From positions 1,056,001-1,120,000 of the forward strand of contig OZ242180.1 of assembly GCA_965205485.1 (NCBI GenBank): DNA of 64,000 nt, given 5' to 3'. Positions 29,319 to 39,602 of the stretch are shown here, piece by piece. Every line of letters starts with the position of its first letter. The first letter of the stretch is position 1. The stretch is from Candidatus Latescibacterota bacterium (GTDB lineage Bacteria; Latescibacterota; UBA2968; GCA-2709665). Made by a program: the position numbers and the translations under genes. The notes beneath the pieces were generated by a model. The model had not been told where the DNA came from. It saw only the letters and a program-made list of their open reading frames with translations, and searched no databases.

Positions 29319-32300
29319 ATGGACGATTACGCAGACCCGCGTCTGGTGCGGATCGCCGCGATGGCCGCGCAAACGGCGAACCTGATCGTGGTCATGCTGT
29401 CTATTGTGGTATTTGCGGGATGGCTGGTCAGCGCACCCGTGGCCGAATGGATGTCTTTGTTGACGGCGGGCATGTTCGTGCTTACCGGCGTGGCGCTGTG
29501 GCTGCTGCGCAGCGGCAGGTCATCCGCGCGCAGGCAGTTCCTGGGGAAGGCAATCGGCGCGGTCGTCGTGGTCTTCGCGATCCTGGAACTCCTGGGCGCG
29601 GGACCCGTGTTTATCGGTTTCGGCGCGGGCGCCGGGCACATGCTGCGGAATGAAGCGTGTAACTTCGCGCTGATCGGCCTGGCGCTGCTTCTCTGGCATT
29701 TCAGGGTGCGGGGCGTCGCCTGGCCGGCGCAGACGTGTCTGTCTATCGCCTCGATCGTATCGTGCGGATATGCGGTCGGTCATTTCTACCTCACGCTGTC
29801 ACCGCGAGAAGTGACGTGGGACCTTCAAATGAGCGCCGTGACAACGCTCACCTTCGGGCTGTTGTGCATTGGCGTGTTTCTGTCCCGGCCGGACCTTGAA
29901 CCGACGACCACCATTGTCAGTTCGACGGCCGGCGGCTCGATGGCGCGCCGGCTGCTGCCGGCCGCTTTCCTGATTCCGCTCGCGCTGGGCTGGCTCTGGC
30001 CTCACGGGGAAGTGATACTGGGGTTCGAGTCCGGGATGTCGCTGTTCTCTCTGGGTGTAATCGTCGCGCTGAATATCCTGATCTGGTGGTACGCCCGGTC
30101 TCTCGCGTTTCTGGACTCCGAACGGCAGCGTTCGGAAACGGCGCTGCGTGAGAGTGAGGCCCGCCTCAAACTGGCTATGGAAGCCGCCCATATGGGGAGC
30201 TGGGACTCCAATTTACTGACCGGGGAACTGGTGTGGTCGGATCTGGTGGCGCCGCTGTTCGGCCTGAAACCCGAAGAATTCGCAGGCACGCGCGAGGCGT
30301 TCTATGAGCTCGTGCATCCCGAAGACCGGGAGATGGTCCGAAGCTCTGTGCGGCGCACGATTAAGGAAGGGGTGGGCTTTGAAGTCGAGCATCGGGTGGT
30401 CTGGCCGGACGGGAAGATACGATGGCTCGGCAACAAGGGTCGCATTTTCGGCGACAGGGCGGGGCAGTCCGTACATATGATTGGCACGGTACGGGACATC
30501 ACCCTGCGCAAGCGCGCTGAGATACAGCTTCAGGAAAAGAACCGGCAACTCGAAAACACGGCAGCCGCCGAACGTGAAGCGAACGAAGCGCTGAAGAAGA
30601 GCACCGTCGCACTGGAGCGTTCGGGCGCGGAACTGCAGAAAGCAAAAGACACCGCGGAAAAGGCGAATCGCGCAAAGAGCGAGTTTCTCGCCAATATGAG
30701 CCACGAGATCCGCACGCCGATGAACGGCATCATGGGCATGACGGAGTTGCTGGGCAACACGGAGCTGACGCCCCAACAGCGGGAGTATCTCAAGTTGAGC
30801 AGGCAGTCATCCGAAGCGCTGCTGGCGCTCCTAAACGATATCCTCGACTTTTCCAAGCTGGAAGTGAACAGGCTGGACCTGGAAGCCATCGGCTTCGACC
30901 TCCGGGATACGCTGGGGGATACCGTGCAGACCCTCGCGGTCAAGGCCACGCAGAAGGGGCTGGAGCTGGCGTGCCATATCGCTCCTGACGTTCCGGACCG
31001 GCTGGTTGGCGATCCCGGCCGTCTGAGGCAGATCGTGATCAATCTTGTGGACAATGCCATCAAGTTCACGGCGAAGGGCGACGTACTTGTTGACGTGAAA
31101 GTGGACGCCAGGGAGGAAGACACCTTACGTCTGAGGTTCTTTGTACGGGACACGGGAATCGGCATCGCACCCGAAGATCAGCAACCGATATTCGACTCCT
31201 TCAGCCAGGTCGACTCCTCCACTTCGAGGAGGTTCGGCGGCACGGGGCTGGGCCTGGCGATTTCATCTCAACTCGCCGCGATGATGGGCGGACGGATGTG
31301 GGTGGAAAGCGAACTGAGCAAGGGTAGTACGTTCTGTTTCACCGCGGTATTCGAAGCGCAGCCCCCGTTGGCGAAGCGGTCGGCGGCCGACCTGCAGACC
31401 CTCGTGGGTCTTCGCGCGCTGGTGGTGGACAACAACCGAACAAACCGGTTCATATTCGAGGAGATGCTGGGAACCTGGGGCATGGAGATTGATGTTGCGG
31501 ACTCGGGCCCGGCCGCGCTCGATGCGCTTCGGAAGGCCGGCGAAGCGGATAAGCCGTTCAACCTGTTTCTGCTGGATGCGGTGATGCCGGATATGGACGG
31601 GTTCGCGCTGGCGGAGCGCCTCAGGGAGGACCCCTCGGCGACGGCCGTGCCGATACTGATTCTCTCGTCGGCGGGAAGAACGCACGACGCCGTGCGATGC
31701 GACGCATTGGGGCTTGCCCGGTGTCTGACGAAGCCGGTCAAGCAGTCCGACCTGCTCGATGCCACGCTGGAAGCCCTGCAGGTGAGTGTTGTCCAAACCG
31801 TGGACGTTCCCGGAATACTGGAACCTGTACCGCCTGCCAACCGGCGTCGCGTCCTGTTGGCGGAGGACGGCCTCGTCAACCGGAAAGTAATCGTGGACCT
31901 GCTAGAGCCGCGCGGCCACCAGGTTACATCCGTCAACAATGGCAAGGAAGTGCTGGCGGCGCTGGAGAACGACGCATTCGATCTGATTCTCATGGACGTC
32001 CAGATGCCGGAGATGGACGGTTTGGAGGCGACGCGGATAATCAGGGACGGCGAACGGTCGACAGGCGAGCACGTTCGAATTGCGGCGATGACGGCCCACG
32101 TGATGCAGGGCGACAGGGAGCGGTGCCTGGAGGAGGGGATGGACGATTATCTCCCCAAACCCATCCGTGCTGGAGATCTTTACGATATCGTGGAGAACGA
32201 TGTCCCATCGGACGATGCAGCGCCGGCCGAACCCAATGTCGATTCCGGTACGCTGGACTGGCAGGGTGCGCTGGAGCAGGTTGGCGGCAACGAGGCGATT

Positions 32301-32591
32301 TTGGCGGAACTTGCCGGACTCTTCGTTACGGAATACGCGAGGCACCATCAAGAAATGAAACGGGCGATCGGCCACAGCGACAGTACCCTGCTGCGGCGCG
32401 CGGCGCATACGCTGAAGGGCTCGGCGGCTGTCTTTCTTGCCAATTCCACCGTAGAGGCGGCGCTGAGGCTGGAAAACATGGCGCGCGAAGGGGACCTGGA
32501 AGACGTGAATGAGGCGTTCGCCGCGCTCGAACGAGCGGCTGACGAACTCCTGCCCGCGCTCAAGGAAAGAGCCGCCGCGCTGATTGTGTAG
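29319..32591 (+). CDS. Membrane hybrid sensor histidine kinase (TM-PAS-HisKA-HATPase-REC-REC-Hpt)
   Basis: Multi-TM N-terminus; [45 protein letters not shown] and LMDVQMP receivers; AAHTLKGS Hpt. Confidence 0.95.
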   Translation: MDDYADPRLVRIAAMAAQTANLIVVMLSIVVFAGWLVSAPVAEWMSLLTAGMFVLTGVALWLLRSGRSSARRQFLGKAIGAVVVVFAILELLGAGPVFIGFGAGAGHMLRNEACNFALIGLALLLWHFRVRGVAWPAQTCLSIASIVSCGYAVGHFYLTLSPREVTWDLQMSAVTTLTFGLLCIGVFLSRPDLEPTTTIVSSTAGGSMARRLLPAAFLIPLALGWLWPHGEVILGFESGMSLFSLGVIVALNILIWWYARSLAFLDSERQRSETALRESEARLKLAMEAAHMGSWDSNLLTGELVWSDLVAPLFGLKPEEFAGTREAFYELVHPEDREMVRSSVRRTIKEGVGFEVEHRVVWPDGKIRWLGNKGRIFGDRAGQSVHMIGTVRDITLRKRAEIQLQEKNRQLENTAAAEREANEALKKSTVALERSGAELQKAKDTAEKANRAKSEFLANMSHEIRTPMNGIMGMTELLGNTELTPQQREYLKLSRQSSEALLALLNDILDFSKLEVNRLDLEAIGFDLRDTLGDTVQTLAVKATQKGLELACHIAPDVPDRLVGDPGRLRQIVINLVDNAIKFTAKGDVLVDVKVDAREEDTLRLRFFVRDTGIGIAPEDQQPIFDSFSQVDSSTSRRFGGTGLGLAISSQLAAMMGGRMWVESELSKGSTFCFTAVFEAQPPLAKRSAADLQTLVGLRALVVDNNRTNRFIFEEMLGTWGMEIDVADSGPAALDALRKAGEADKPFNLFLLDAVMPDMDGFALAERLREDPSATAVPILILSSAGRTHDAVRCDALGLARCLTKPVKQSDLLDATLEALQVSVVQTVDVPGILEPVPPANRRRVLLAEDGLVNRKVIVDLLEPRGHQVTSVNNGKEVLAALENDAFDLILMDVQMPEMDGLEATRIIRDGERSTGEHVRIAAMTAHVMQGDRERCLEEGMDDYLPKPIRAGDLYDIVENDVPSDDAAPAEPNVDSGTLDWQGALEQVGGNEAILAELAGLFVTEYARHHQEMKRAIGHSDSTLLRRAAHTLKGSAAVFLANSTVEAALRLENMAREGDLEDVNEAFAALERAADELLPALKERAAALIV

Positions 32592-32769
32592 TGGATCGAA
32601 TGCGGACCTTGCTTTACGATTGGCGCAATATCGGACTTCTCGCATCGTAGCCACCTTCGGTCCGCTTGAAGACATGCGCAGCGGCCATGCCGAAAATCCC
32701 TCAAACCTGAAATATTACAGAATGTAGAGTCTATCTTATCGGAAACATCGCATCCAACAGGAGCATAAA

Positions 32770-33015
32770 ATGTCAATGGAATACCGGCTTCGTCTTCAAA
32801 TCAGGCGAGTAGAAAACGGTCAATTCCTGGCTACATCAGAAGATTTCGACGGACTTGTGGCACAGGGGCGAACAGTGGCCGAGACGGTTGAAATCGCTCA
32901 AGATGTTGCCAGGAAGCTTGTCGAATCCTGCAGGGAACATGGCGACCCGCTGCCGGATGGTTTGCATGCGATAAATATGGACATCGTGGAATTGGATATT
33001 CCCGTAGGTGTTTGA
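32770..33015 (+). CDS. hicB: HicB-family antitoxin (short)
   Basis: FLATSEDFDGLVAQGRTVAE...GDPLP; TGATG overlap with toxin. Confidence 0.85.
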   Translation: MSMEYRLRLQIRRVENGQFLATSEDFDGLVAQGRTVAETVEIAQDVARKLVESCREHGDPLPDGLHAINMDIVELDIPVGV

Positions 33016-33239
33016 TGGGCCGGCTCGCGGGTTTCACATATAGACAGTTAATCCGAAGATTGAGGCGGTTGGGATTCACATTTGACCGACACGCACGAGG
33101 CAGTCATGAGATTTGGTGGAATCCCGTTACTCAACGTCGAACGACGATTCCCAATCACTCTGGAGACCTGCCGGAGGGTACCGTAGCGGCCATTCTGAAA
33201 CAAGCCGGAATCACGGCAGTAGAATTTCTTCGAGCGTAA
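33015..33239 (+). CDS. hicA: HicA-family toxin
   Basis: LGF..RHARGSHEIW, IPNH.GDLPEGT..ILKQAGI. Confidence 0.9.
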   Translation: MGRLAGFTYRQLIRRLRRLGFTFDRHARGSHEIWWNPVTQRRTTIPNHSGDLPEGTVAAILKQAGITAVEFLRA

Positions 33240-33300
33240 GATTCCGTTAGTCGAATTCGAAATACGATGATGCCCCGTCCGGGGCGTTTTTTGTATATTA
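33236..33300 (+). repeat. Degenerate intergenic repeat, copy 1 (contains terminator-like hairpin)
   Basis: GTAAGATTCCG...GATGATGCCCC-GTCC-GGGGCGTTTTTTGTATAT; similar to 35062-35120. Confidence 0.55.
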
Positions 33301-33403
33301 GAATCTGACAGACCGAATTCCATTCAAAATGCGTACAACTCTAGTCGTGCTACTCGCGTACGGTAACGCGTTGAAATCACCCCACCGGAACAGCCGTCGC
33401 TGG

Positions 33404-33461
33404 CCCTTCGACAAGCTCAGGGGACCGGATTGACCTTTGCGGACTCCCCCTCAAGGGGGAG
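33404..33461. repeat. REP-like palindromes
   Basis: CCCTTCGACAAGCTCAGGG and CTCCCCC-TCAA-GGGGGAG. Confidence 0.6.
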
Positions 33462-33602
33462 CAATTGGACAGTTGAACGGGCTCCTGCCTATCCGGCTGA
33501 CGCGGATGGCATTGCCAAATCCCTTTTCGAATTCTGTTGCCCCGATCAACAAACCCGAGGGACGCCATCTTGCAGTGCGAAACCACGCCCGGAGGGCTTG
33601 AC

Positions 33603-33899
33603 ATGAATACGATCGCGCCAGACGATTTCAGGAGGTTTGTTGGTACGCTTCATGGAAAAACGCTTTATACATTGGCACGAAACCGTCCTTTCACCGTCGT
33701 GGTGACCGAAAAAGGCTTCGAATATACACCTCAGTCTACCAATGCCAAGCGACTTCATCGATTTCCCCGAGTACGAATTTATCTTGAGACATTTGCTCGT
33801 ACCGGATCACTTGAGGGCAATGTCTATCACGGGGGCAGTAACCAATCTTACGTTCTGGCGTTGATGAATCTATATAAGGATCGCTATTTGGATTGCTGA
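33603..33899 (+). CDS. Hypothetical protein
   Basis: GGAGG RBS, 98 codons, no recognised motif. Confidence 0.6.
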   Translation: MNTIAPDDFRRFVGTLHGKTLYTLARNRPFTVVVTEKGFEYTPQSTNAKRLHRFPRVRIYLETFARTGSLEGNVYHGGSNQSYVLALMNLYKDRYLDC

Positions 33900-33994
33900 C
33901 TTGGCGGCTTTGACAGAGTATCCCTGCGATCATCTACATCACAGATCAAATGACCCGAAGCAGTGATCTGAGTCCTTGAAAAGAGTTGAATTGC

Positions 33995-34918
33995 ATGTAC
34001 GACGACTGTGATCGCCGACGTATGGCAGAAATCGTAAACAACGCGATTGCTTCATCCAACTTTCGGCTAGTTGTCGAAGAGCTCACGAAGGACGACTTCT
34101 CACCCGACGATAAACGCCCGTTGATCTACTTCTCGACATCTTTTTTTGCTCCAGATCCTCTGGAGAAAATCTTCGCCAAATGTGCAGTCGATCGGCGTTT
34201 AGACTGTCGTCAATTCTACCACTTCAAGTCCGTGGAGAGGGCCATTGACATTCTCAAGAAAGGAACGGTTCAGCTGACTGCGCTTTACTATCATTCGGAA
34301 AACGACAATGAAGAGTACTCAGAATTCTTCCGACGAACCGGCCACACTTATCCGTTGATCACTGGCAATATAAGCGAATTGAAGAAAAAGTCGTTCGTCC
34401 TGTGTCTATCTAAGAGTGCAAGCCGAGAGAAGTTCTGGAACCAATATGCGAAACAGGATAGAGGTGTCTGCCTTGTATTGCGTTACCACATTGGTAGAAT
34501 GGTTTTACAGGAATGCGTAGATTTTCGAGACATCTCGTACGGCACCGGGTACCCTTTCGACTTTATTAAGGAGATTCGGGACCGATTCTTCAGTGAATTT
34601 TGTAAACCACCGTTCATTGACGGGGTATTGAAGTTCGCACGATTCTACAAACGCGCGAAGTACTCGTGGGAGGACGAATCACGAATCTCTTTCGACTACA
34701 ATTATGATTACTCTTCGTTACTATGCAGATCATTTCCGATACAGAAGGTTTTGGAGAACGGAAGGATGCGGGAGTACATAATAGTTCCGTTGAAGAACGA
34801 TTACTTTACATTGGAGGTCAGTGAGATCATCTGTGGGAAGCAGGTTTGTAATGCAGATCTTTCTCGTTTACTTGCCGTGTCTAATTTGCCTACGGATAGG
34901 ATTAGGGTGCGAAAATGA
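33995..34918 (+). CDS. DUF2971-like protein
   Basis: YHFKS..IL..END.EE, LCLS...FWNQYA..GVCL, K...WEDESRI pattern; AT-richer than flanks; start uncertain. Confidence 0.65.
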   Translation: MYDDCDRRRMAEIVNNAIASSNFRLVVEELTKDDFSPDDKRPLIYFSTSFFAPDPLEKIFAKCAVDRRLDCRQFYHFKSVERAIDILKKGTVQLTALYYHSENDNEEYSEFFRRTGHTYPLITGNISELKKKSFVLCLSKSASREKFWNQYAKQDRGVCLVLRYHIGRMVLQECVDFRDISYGTGYPFDFIKEIRDRFFSEFCKPPFIDGVLKFARFYKRAKYSWEDESRISFDYNYDYSSLLCRSFPIQKVLENGRMREYIIVPLKNDYFTLEVSEIICGKQVCNADLSRLLAVSNLPTDRIRVRK

Positions 34919-35061
34919 CTCCACTCAACGATCCAACAGAAATTGCGACTGAAATTCTGCATTGACCGTCAATTCCTGCGGTTAAACTTCGGTAACCGCT
35001 TTGCGGTGGCCTATCAGAACAGGTCAGATATGTGGGGACCGCTGGATGTTTTTGATTGTAA

Positions 35062-35120
35062 GTAAGACTCCGATTGTGAATGGAGATGATGCCCTCGTTG
35101 GGGGCATTTTCTAGTATATA
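35062..35120 (+). repeat. Degenerate intergenic repeat, copy 2
   Basis: GTAAGACTCCG...GATGATGCCC-TCGTTG-GGGGCATTTTCTAGTATAT. Confidence 0.55.
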
Positions 35121-35265
35121 TGGAGTGCGGAGATTTCAGGGTGATGCGTTTCCGTACAGTCGCGAATCCCCAGGGCTGATGGTAAATGTCGGAGATATTC
35201 CTGCGCTTCAGTCGTGAAGTGATAAAGCAACGAATTTAGGCGCTTCTCTTCAAAGGTCGCTGTAG

Positions 35266-36033
35266 ATGGCATATCCCGATGCGATCGACTTTGACAAGTT
35301 TGTATTTCAAGCTCTTAACGCAATCGGAACAGCAATTAACGGATGGCTTAGTGGGCATCCTCGAGAAGAGGTTGCGCTTATGAATAGAGTCACGGAGCAA
35401 CTGTCTAAGCGCAGGCGGAACTGTGATGTTGGCGCTAAATCGCCCGTTGCTATGGAGTCGGAGGTGTATCAATTACATCGAAGAGGTAGTCAAGGAAAGG
35501 ACCAGTACGGTTCTGATTTAGCAATTACCATGAGTGTTCCTGAATTAAAATGGATCAAGACTGCACTCTTTCAGATTAAGCGTTCAATTGATACATCAGT
35601 TGTAGTCGAAAGACATCAGATATCCGAGGCTTCAAGACTCAATCTGGTTTTGGAACGATCGTTTGTTATCGCAGTTGACGAACAACGACGTTTGATACGC
35701 ATTGAAAGTGCATCCAATATTCGCGATGATTTTAATTGTCAACCTGCCGAGCAGAAAACTCGGACTCTTGACTGTCGCAATTGGGATGGTCTGGTGCATT
35801 GGCTTCACAAATGGCTACATTGCGATGTGGGTGCAGAAAGCAGATCCGACGATCCTAATGGAGTAGAATCTCTTCTACGATCATTTGTTGTGGAGCCTAC
35901 GAACAGAGAAGTCTTCGGCGATTTGCAACCTGATCAGTTGGAAGATTACCTGCCAGCGAGAATTTGGATGCAATTGACATTTAAAGGAACTCCCTCGCAA
36001 GAAGAGTTAACGCTTAAGCGCAGATCAACCTGA
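35266..36033 (+). CDS. Hypothetical protein, possible PD-(D/E)xK nuclease fold
   Basis: EEVAL...YGSDL....KTALFQIKR (D...QxK variant); AT-richer. Confidence 0.55.
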   Translation: MAYPDAIDFDKFVFQALNAIGTAINGWLSGHPREEVALMNRVTEQLSKRRRNCDVGAKSPVAMESEVYQLHRRGSQGKDQYGSDLAITMSVPELKWIKTALFQIKRSIDTSVVVERHQISEASRLNLVLERSFVIAVDEQRRLIRIESASNIRDDFNCQPAEQKTRTLDCRNWDGLVHWLHKWLHCDVGAESRSDDPNGVESLLRSFVVEPTNREVFGDLQPDQLEDYLPARIWMQLTFKGTPSQEELTLKRRST

Positions 36034-36173
36034 TCTACTTCACGTTACGTCTCACGGTGGGCTGCGCGCATCCACGCTTTGGCCAGGTTGGCAAGGGGGC
36101 TCTTTAGCTACCACTCGCTTTCGGTGAGGTGTGAGGGCAAATAGCCAGTTTTACTCCAGAATTGGAGGCTCAA

Positions 36174-36392
36174 ATGACCCAACTTCTCGAAGAAGCGATT
36201 TCGGAAATCAAGAAGCTTTCGAATGATGAGCAGGACGCGATTGCGGCCGTCCTGATGGCTGAGTTGGCGTCAGAGCGCCAGTGGGAACGCGCATTTGACT
36301 CGTCGGCGGCGCAGTTATCAAACCTTGCAAACGAGGCTCTCGATGAATACCGGGCAGGCAAGACTGAGCCATTCGAGTCGCGCGGCTCATGA
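36174..36392 (+). CDS. Putative antitoxin
   Basis: MTQLLEEAI..L...EQDAIA...W...F...L..LA.EAL.EY.AGKT; ATGA overlap with toxin. Confidence 0.75.
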   Translation: MTQLLEEAISEIKKLSNDEQDAIAAVLMAELASERQWERAFDSSAAQLSNLANEALDEYRAGKTEPFESRGS

Positions 36393-36653
36393 CATCCCGG
36401 ACAACCCGTCGTTTTCGTGACGCGCTACTCGATCTTCCCAGACTCCGTTCAAGCTGCCGCTGCTTATGCCCGTTTTCGGATTAATCCGAACCATCCGAGC
36501 TTGCGATTCAAAGAGATACACCCTACCGAACCGATCTACGCTGTCCGAATCACGCGATATTACCGTGCCGTGGGCGTGCGGGCAGAGGGATTGATTGTCT
36601 GGTTCTGGATCGGATCCCATGCCGGCTACGAGCAGCTCATTTCCCGCCTTTAG
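36389..36653 (+). pseudogene. RelE/ParE-like toxin, frameshifted
   Basis: MTSRTTRRFRDALLDLP from 36389 continues in the +1 frame as DSVQ...NPNHPSLRFK...YRAVG...WFWIGSHAGY. Confidence 0.75.
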
Positions 36654-36751
36654 GTGAGCATCCTCGGATCTTCCATGACCGAATAACGATGGTTTGATCG
36701 TGCGCGTCCATAGAGTTGGCGCGGTTCGCAGCGACGTTTCGGAGATACCGC

Positions 36752-37135
36752 ATGATTCGAGTCTACGGACTGAGGAAACATCTGGATCCAGTCAAGGCGA
36801 AGTTATCTGATGTGATCAACGAATGTATGGTCGACGCCCTGTCATTTCCGGGTGACAAGCGCGCTCATCGCTTCATTCCAATGGATCCTGAGGACTTCTT
36901 CTATCCCGATGGCCGTACGGATGCGTACACGGTAATTGAGATTTCTCTGATGGAAGGACGGTCAGACGAAGCCCGGAAGAGGCTCATCCGCCTTTTGTTC
37001 GACCGAATTGAGGAGGATTTGGGGATTGCGCCGATTGACGTGGAGATCACCCTCTTCGAGACTCCTGCCAGTAATTGGGGTTTCCGAGGAATGACGGGGG
37101 ACGAAGCCGCGTTGAACTACCAGGTGGACGTTTAG
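36752..37135 (+). CDS. Tautomerase-superfamily protein
   Basis: KRAHRF, YTVIEISLMEGRS, DVEITLFETP..NWGFRG..GDE. Confidence 0.85.
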   Translation: MIRVYGLRKHLDPVKAKLSDVINECMVDALSFPGDKRAHRFIPMDPEDFFYPDGRTDAYTVIEISLMEGRSDEARKRLIRLLFDRIEEDLGIAPIDVEITLFETPASNWGFRGMTGDEAALNYQVDV

Positions 37136-37252
37136 GCCTTACGAAGCTGCCGGAACCGCTTTGACTCGCGGCGAAGGGTTCAAGAATGACGTACACAAAC
37201 TGAAGAAGTCGTCGTTTTATAGAATTGGCCTTGGATTCCAGGAGACTTGAAC

Positions 37253-37468
37253 ATGAGAAATGAATTCACGGCGGTGATTGAACGCGACAACGAATGGATC
37301 ATTGCTTATTGCCCCGAGATCCCAGGCGCCAATGGGCAGGGTAAGACCCGGGATGAAGCACTTGCAAGCTTGCGGGATGCGATATCGCTTATCCTAGAGG
37401 ACCGGCGCGAGGACGGACTTCGCGCTGTACCCGCGGATGCCGAACGTGAAGTCGTCGTGGTCGAATGA
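37253..37468 (+). CDS. hicB: HicB-family antitoxin (short)
   Basis: FTAVIERD..IAYCPEIPGANGQGKT. Confidence 0.88.
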   Translation: MRNEFTAVIERDNEWIIAYCPEIPGANGQGKTRDEALASLRDAISLILEDRREDGLRAVPADAEREVVVVE

Positions 37469-37656
37469 AACGCCAGGCATTGCAAAAGCACTTGCGTCGT
37501 CACGGTTGCCATCTCAAGCGCGAGGGGCGTTCTCACTCCCTTTGGACAAACCCACAAACAGGCGCAGTCGAGGCGGTGCCGCGACATATCGAGATTCCAA
37601 ACCTTCTCGCGCGCAAGATATGCAGAGAACTTGGAGTACCTGATATAGGTCAATAA
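37465..37656 (+). CDS. hicA: HicA-family toxin
   Basis: HGC.LKREG.SHS.W, VPRH.EI...ICREL; ATGA overlap. Confidence 0.88.
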   Translation: MKRQALQKHLRRHGCHLKREGRSHSLWTNPQTGAVEAVPRHIEIPNLLARKICRELGVPDIGQ

Positions 37657-37669
37657 ATGTGCATTGTAA

Positions 37670-37930
37670 TTGCAAAAGGAGAGTTGTCCAATTAATCTGT
37701 GCTTCAGACGCATCGTCGTTGTCGTCCTGGTAGCCGTGAGTGGTTTGCTGGTAGGCGTGCTTCCGTTTGTCCTCGGAACGGTGAATACCACCCTTCCGCT
37801 CTGGTTGTGGGGCATCGTCACCGCCGGCGCCGTGACGTTACTGAGTTCGGCTTCGGCCGTTGGAACCGCGTTGATTGCCAGGATGGCGAAGCAGCGAGCG
37901 CCGTGGGGTGCGGGCGGTGACGCGGTGTAG
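37670..37930 (+). CDS. Small two-TM membrane protein or gene fragment
   Basis: Two hydrophobic stretches; no convincing start or RBS. Confidence 0.35.
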   Translation: MQKESCPINLCFRRIVVVVLVAVSGLLVGVLPFVLGTVNTTLPLWLWGIVTAGAVTLLSSASAVGTALIARMAKQRAPWGAGGDAV

Positions 37931-37949
37931 TTAAGAAGATAGTTGGAGG

Positions 37950-38657
37950 ATGAGACCCTTGCGCATCTCAGCGATTTCATTTGACGGCGACATGACGTTG
38001 TGGGATTTTCACAGGGTCATGCGGCATTCACTGAAACATGCATTGGTGGAACTGCGCAGGAAGGTCCCAACAGAACCTGCATTGTGCCTCACGGTCGATG
38101 AGATGATTGACGTTCGCGATCGGGTTGCCGACGAATTGAGGGGCAAGGTCTGGAATCTCTCGGAAATCAGACGAATTGCATTTGAGAGGACGCTCGAGCG
38201 TGTAGGCTGTCACGACAGAAGTCTGGCTCGTCATCTGAATCAGGTATATCGGAAACACCGCTTTGAAGACATCGAGTTGTACCCGGATGTGTTGCCGGCT
38301 CTGGATGTTCTATCGCCACATTTCAAGATCGGACTTTTGTCAAACGGGAACAGCTACCCCGAACAATGCGGACTTGAAGGACGATTTGCCTTTGTCGTAT
38401 TCTCCCAGGATGTGCGTATCGAGAAGCCCGATCGACGGATTTTTGAGATCACCGCGCGACGTGCGGGCTGTGCGCCGGAGCAGCTTCTGCACGTGGGGGA
38501 TTCCCTGGAAAACGACGTTGCGGGAGCGCGTCATGCCGGAGCGCCTGCCATGTGGCTGAATCGCGATGGCGCGAGAAACGACTCCGGGATCCAGGCGGAT
38601 TACGAGATTACTTCGTTGGCTGAACTGCCTCCGCTATTGGGAGTTGGTCGCGGCTGA
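37950..38657 (+). CDS. HAD-family hydrolase
   Basis: FDGDMTL, SNG, KPD, HVGDSLENDV. Confidence 0.92.
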   Translation: MRPLRISAISFDGDMTLWDFHRVMRHSLKHALVELRRKVPTEPALCLTVDEMIDVRDRVADELRGKVWNLSEIRRIAFERTLERVGCHDRSLARHLNQVYRKHRFEDIELYPDVLPALDVLSPHFKIGLLSNGNSYPEQCGLEGRFAFVVFSQDVRIEKPDRRIFEITARRAGCAPEQLLHVGDSLENDVAGARHAGAPAMWLNRDGARNDSGIQADYEITSLAELPPLLGVGRG

Positions 38658-38787
38658 TCACTTGCCGGGTACGTGGATTCCTTGACGTTTGGAATCCTGG
38701 CTCTTCCGAAGAGAATACGGCAACAACAGCAACGCCGACCTCCATCCGAACCTATATTTTTCGCTTCCAGATTAACAGAAAGAGAGT

Positions 38788-39243
38788 ATGGCAAAACAGA
38801 AGGTCTATTTGGACTCAACTGTTGCAAGTGCATATTACGATTCAAGAACGCCTGAACGGCAGGGTCAGACCCTTGAATTCTGGAAGTTTCTATTGCTTGA
38901 ATTTGAAGCTGTCATTTCAACCGTTGTCCTGTCAGAAATTCGCGGCACTCCAGATGCCGGCAGAAGACGGCAATTGGAAGATCTGGTGGAGGGATTTGGA
39001 GTCCTGGCGTTTGACGAAGAAGCCGACGCTCTCGCTCAGGAATATGTCCGAAGGGGAGTATTTCCCGAAAAATATATAGATGACGCCAACCACGTTGCTA
39101 TTGCAGTGACCAATGGAATTGGGTATTTTTGCAGTTGGAATTTCACACATCTTGTAAAGGTAAACACGCGACGGGAAGTTAATGCGATCAGTGTATTGAA
39201 GGGGTATGGTCCGCTGGAGATTTTCGCTCCACCGGAGCTATAG
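38788..39243 (+). CDS. PIN-domain protein (VapC-like)
   Basis: VYLDSTV, VLSEI, DANHVAIA, SWNFTHLV. Confidence 0.88.
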   Translation: MAKQKVYLDSTVASAYYDSRTPERQGQTLEFWKFLLLEFEAVISTVVLSEIRGTPDAGRRRQLEDLVEGFGVLAFDEEADALAQEYVRRGVFPEKYIDDANHVAIAVTNGIGYFCSWNFTHLVKVNTRREVNAISVLKGYGPLEIFAPPEL

Positions 39244-39253
39244 GAGAAGATCC

Positions 39254-39439
39254 ATGAGGGAATTGACCCACGTAGAGAAGGAGAAGATCCGGGAGGATGT
39301 ACGGAAGGAATTTCCAAATGACGAAATGATGCAGGAAATCCACTTCATTCGGCAGGTGCACTATCTTCAGACCAAAGATTCATCGTTGGAAGAACGCCTT
39401 CGCTTTTTTGAAGCTTCGAATCAAAAGGCATCGGTTTAG
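39254..39439 (+). CDS. Small protein, probable PIN-toxin partner
   Basis: AGGAG RBS, 61 codons, 10 bp after PIN gene. Confidence 0.6.
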   Translation: MRELTHVEKEKIREDVRKEFPNDEMMQEIHFIRQVHYLQTKDSSLEERLRFFEASNQKASV

Positions 39440-39602
39440 TCGGATACGTAACTGACGATGGTAAGCCCCGCATGTGACAGCCCTCTATCGTTTGACGCGA
39501 AGGGGGCTGTCAGCGTATAGCCCTTACGGTCGCGCCGCGGTCGTGGAGTTAATCCTCAGCTCGAATACGACAACGGCGACGACATTCTGATGGAGGATCC
39601 GG

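Noticed and set aside
34931..34987. ATCCAAC...GTTAAAC 57-bp attC-like spacing after the DUF2971-like gene
   Set aside because: Inner pairing is weak, similar sites were not seen after other genes and there is no integrase; needs a covariance-model test
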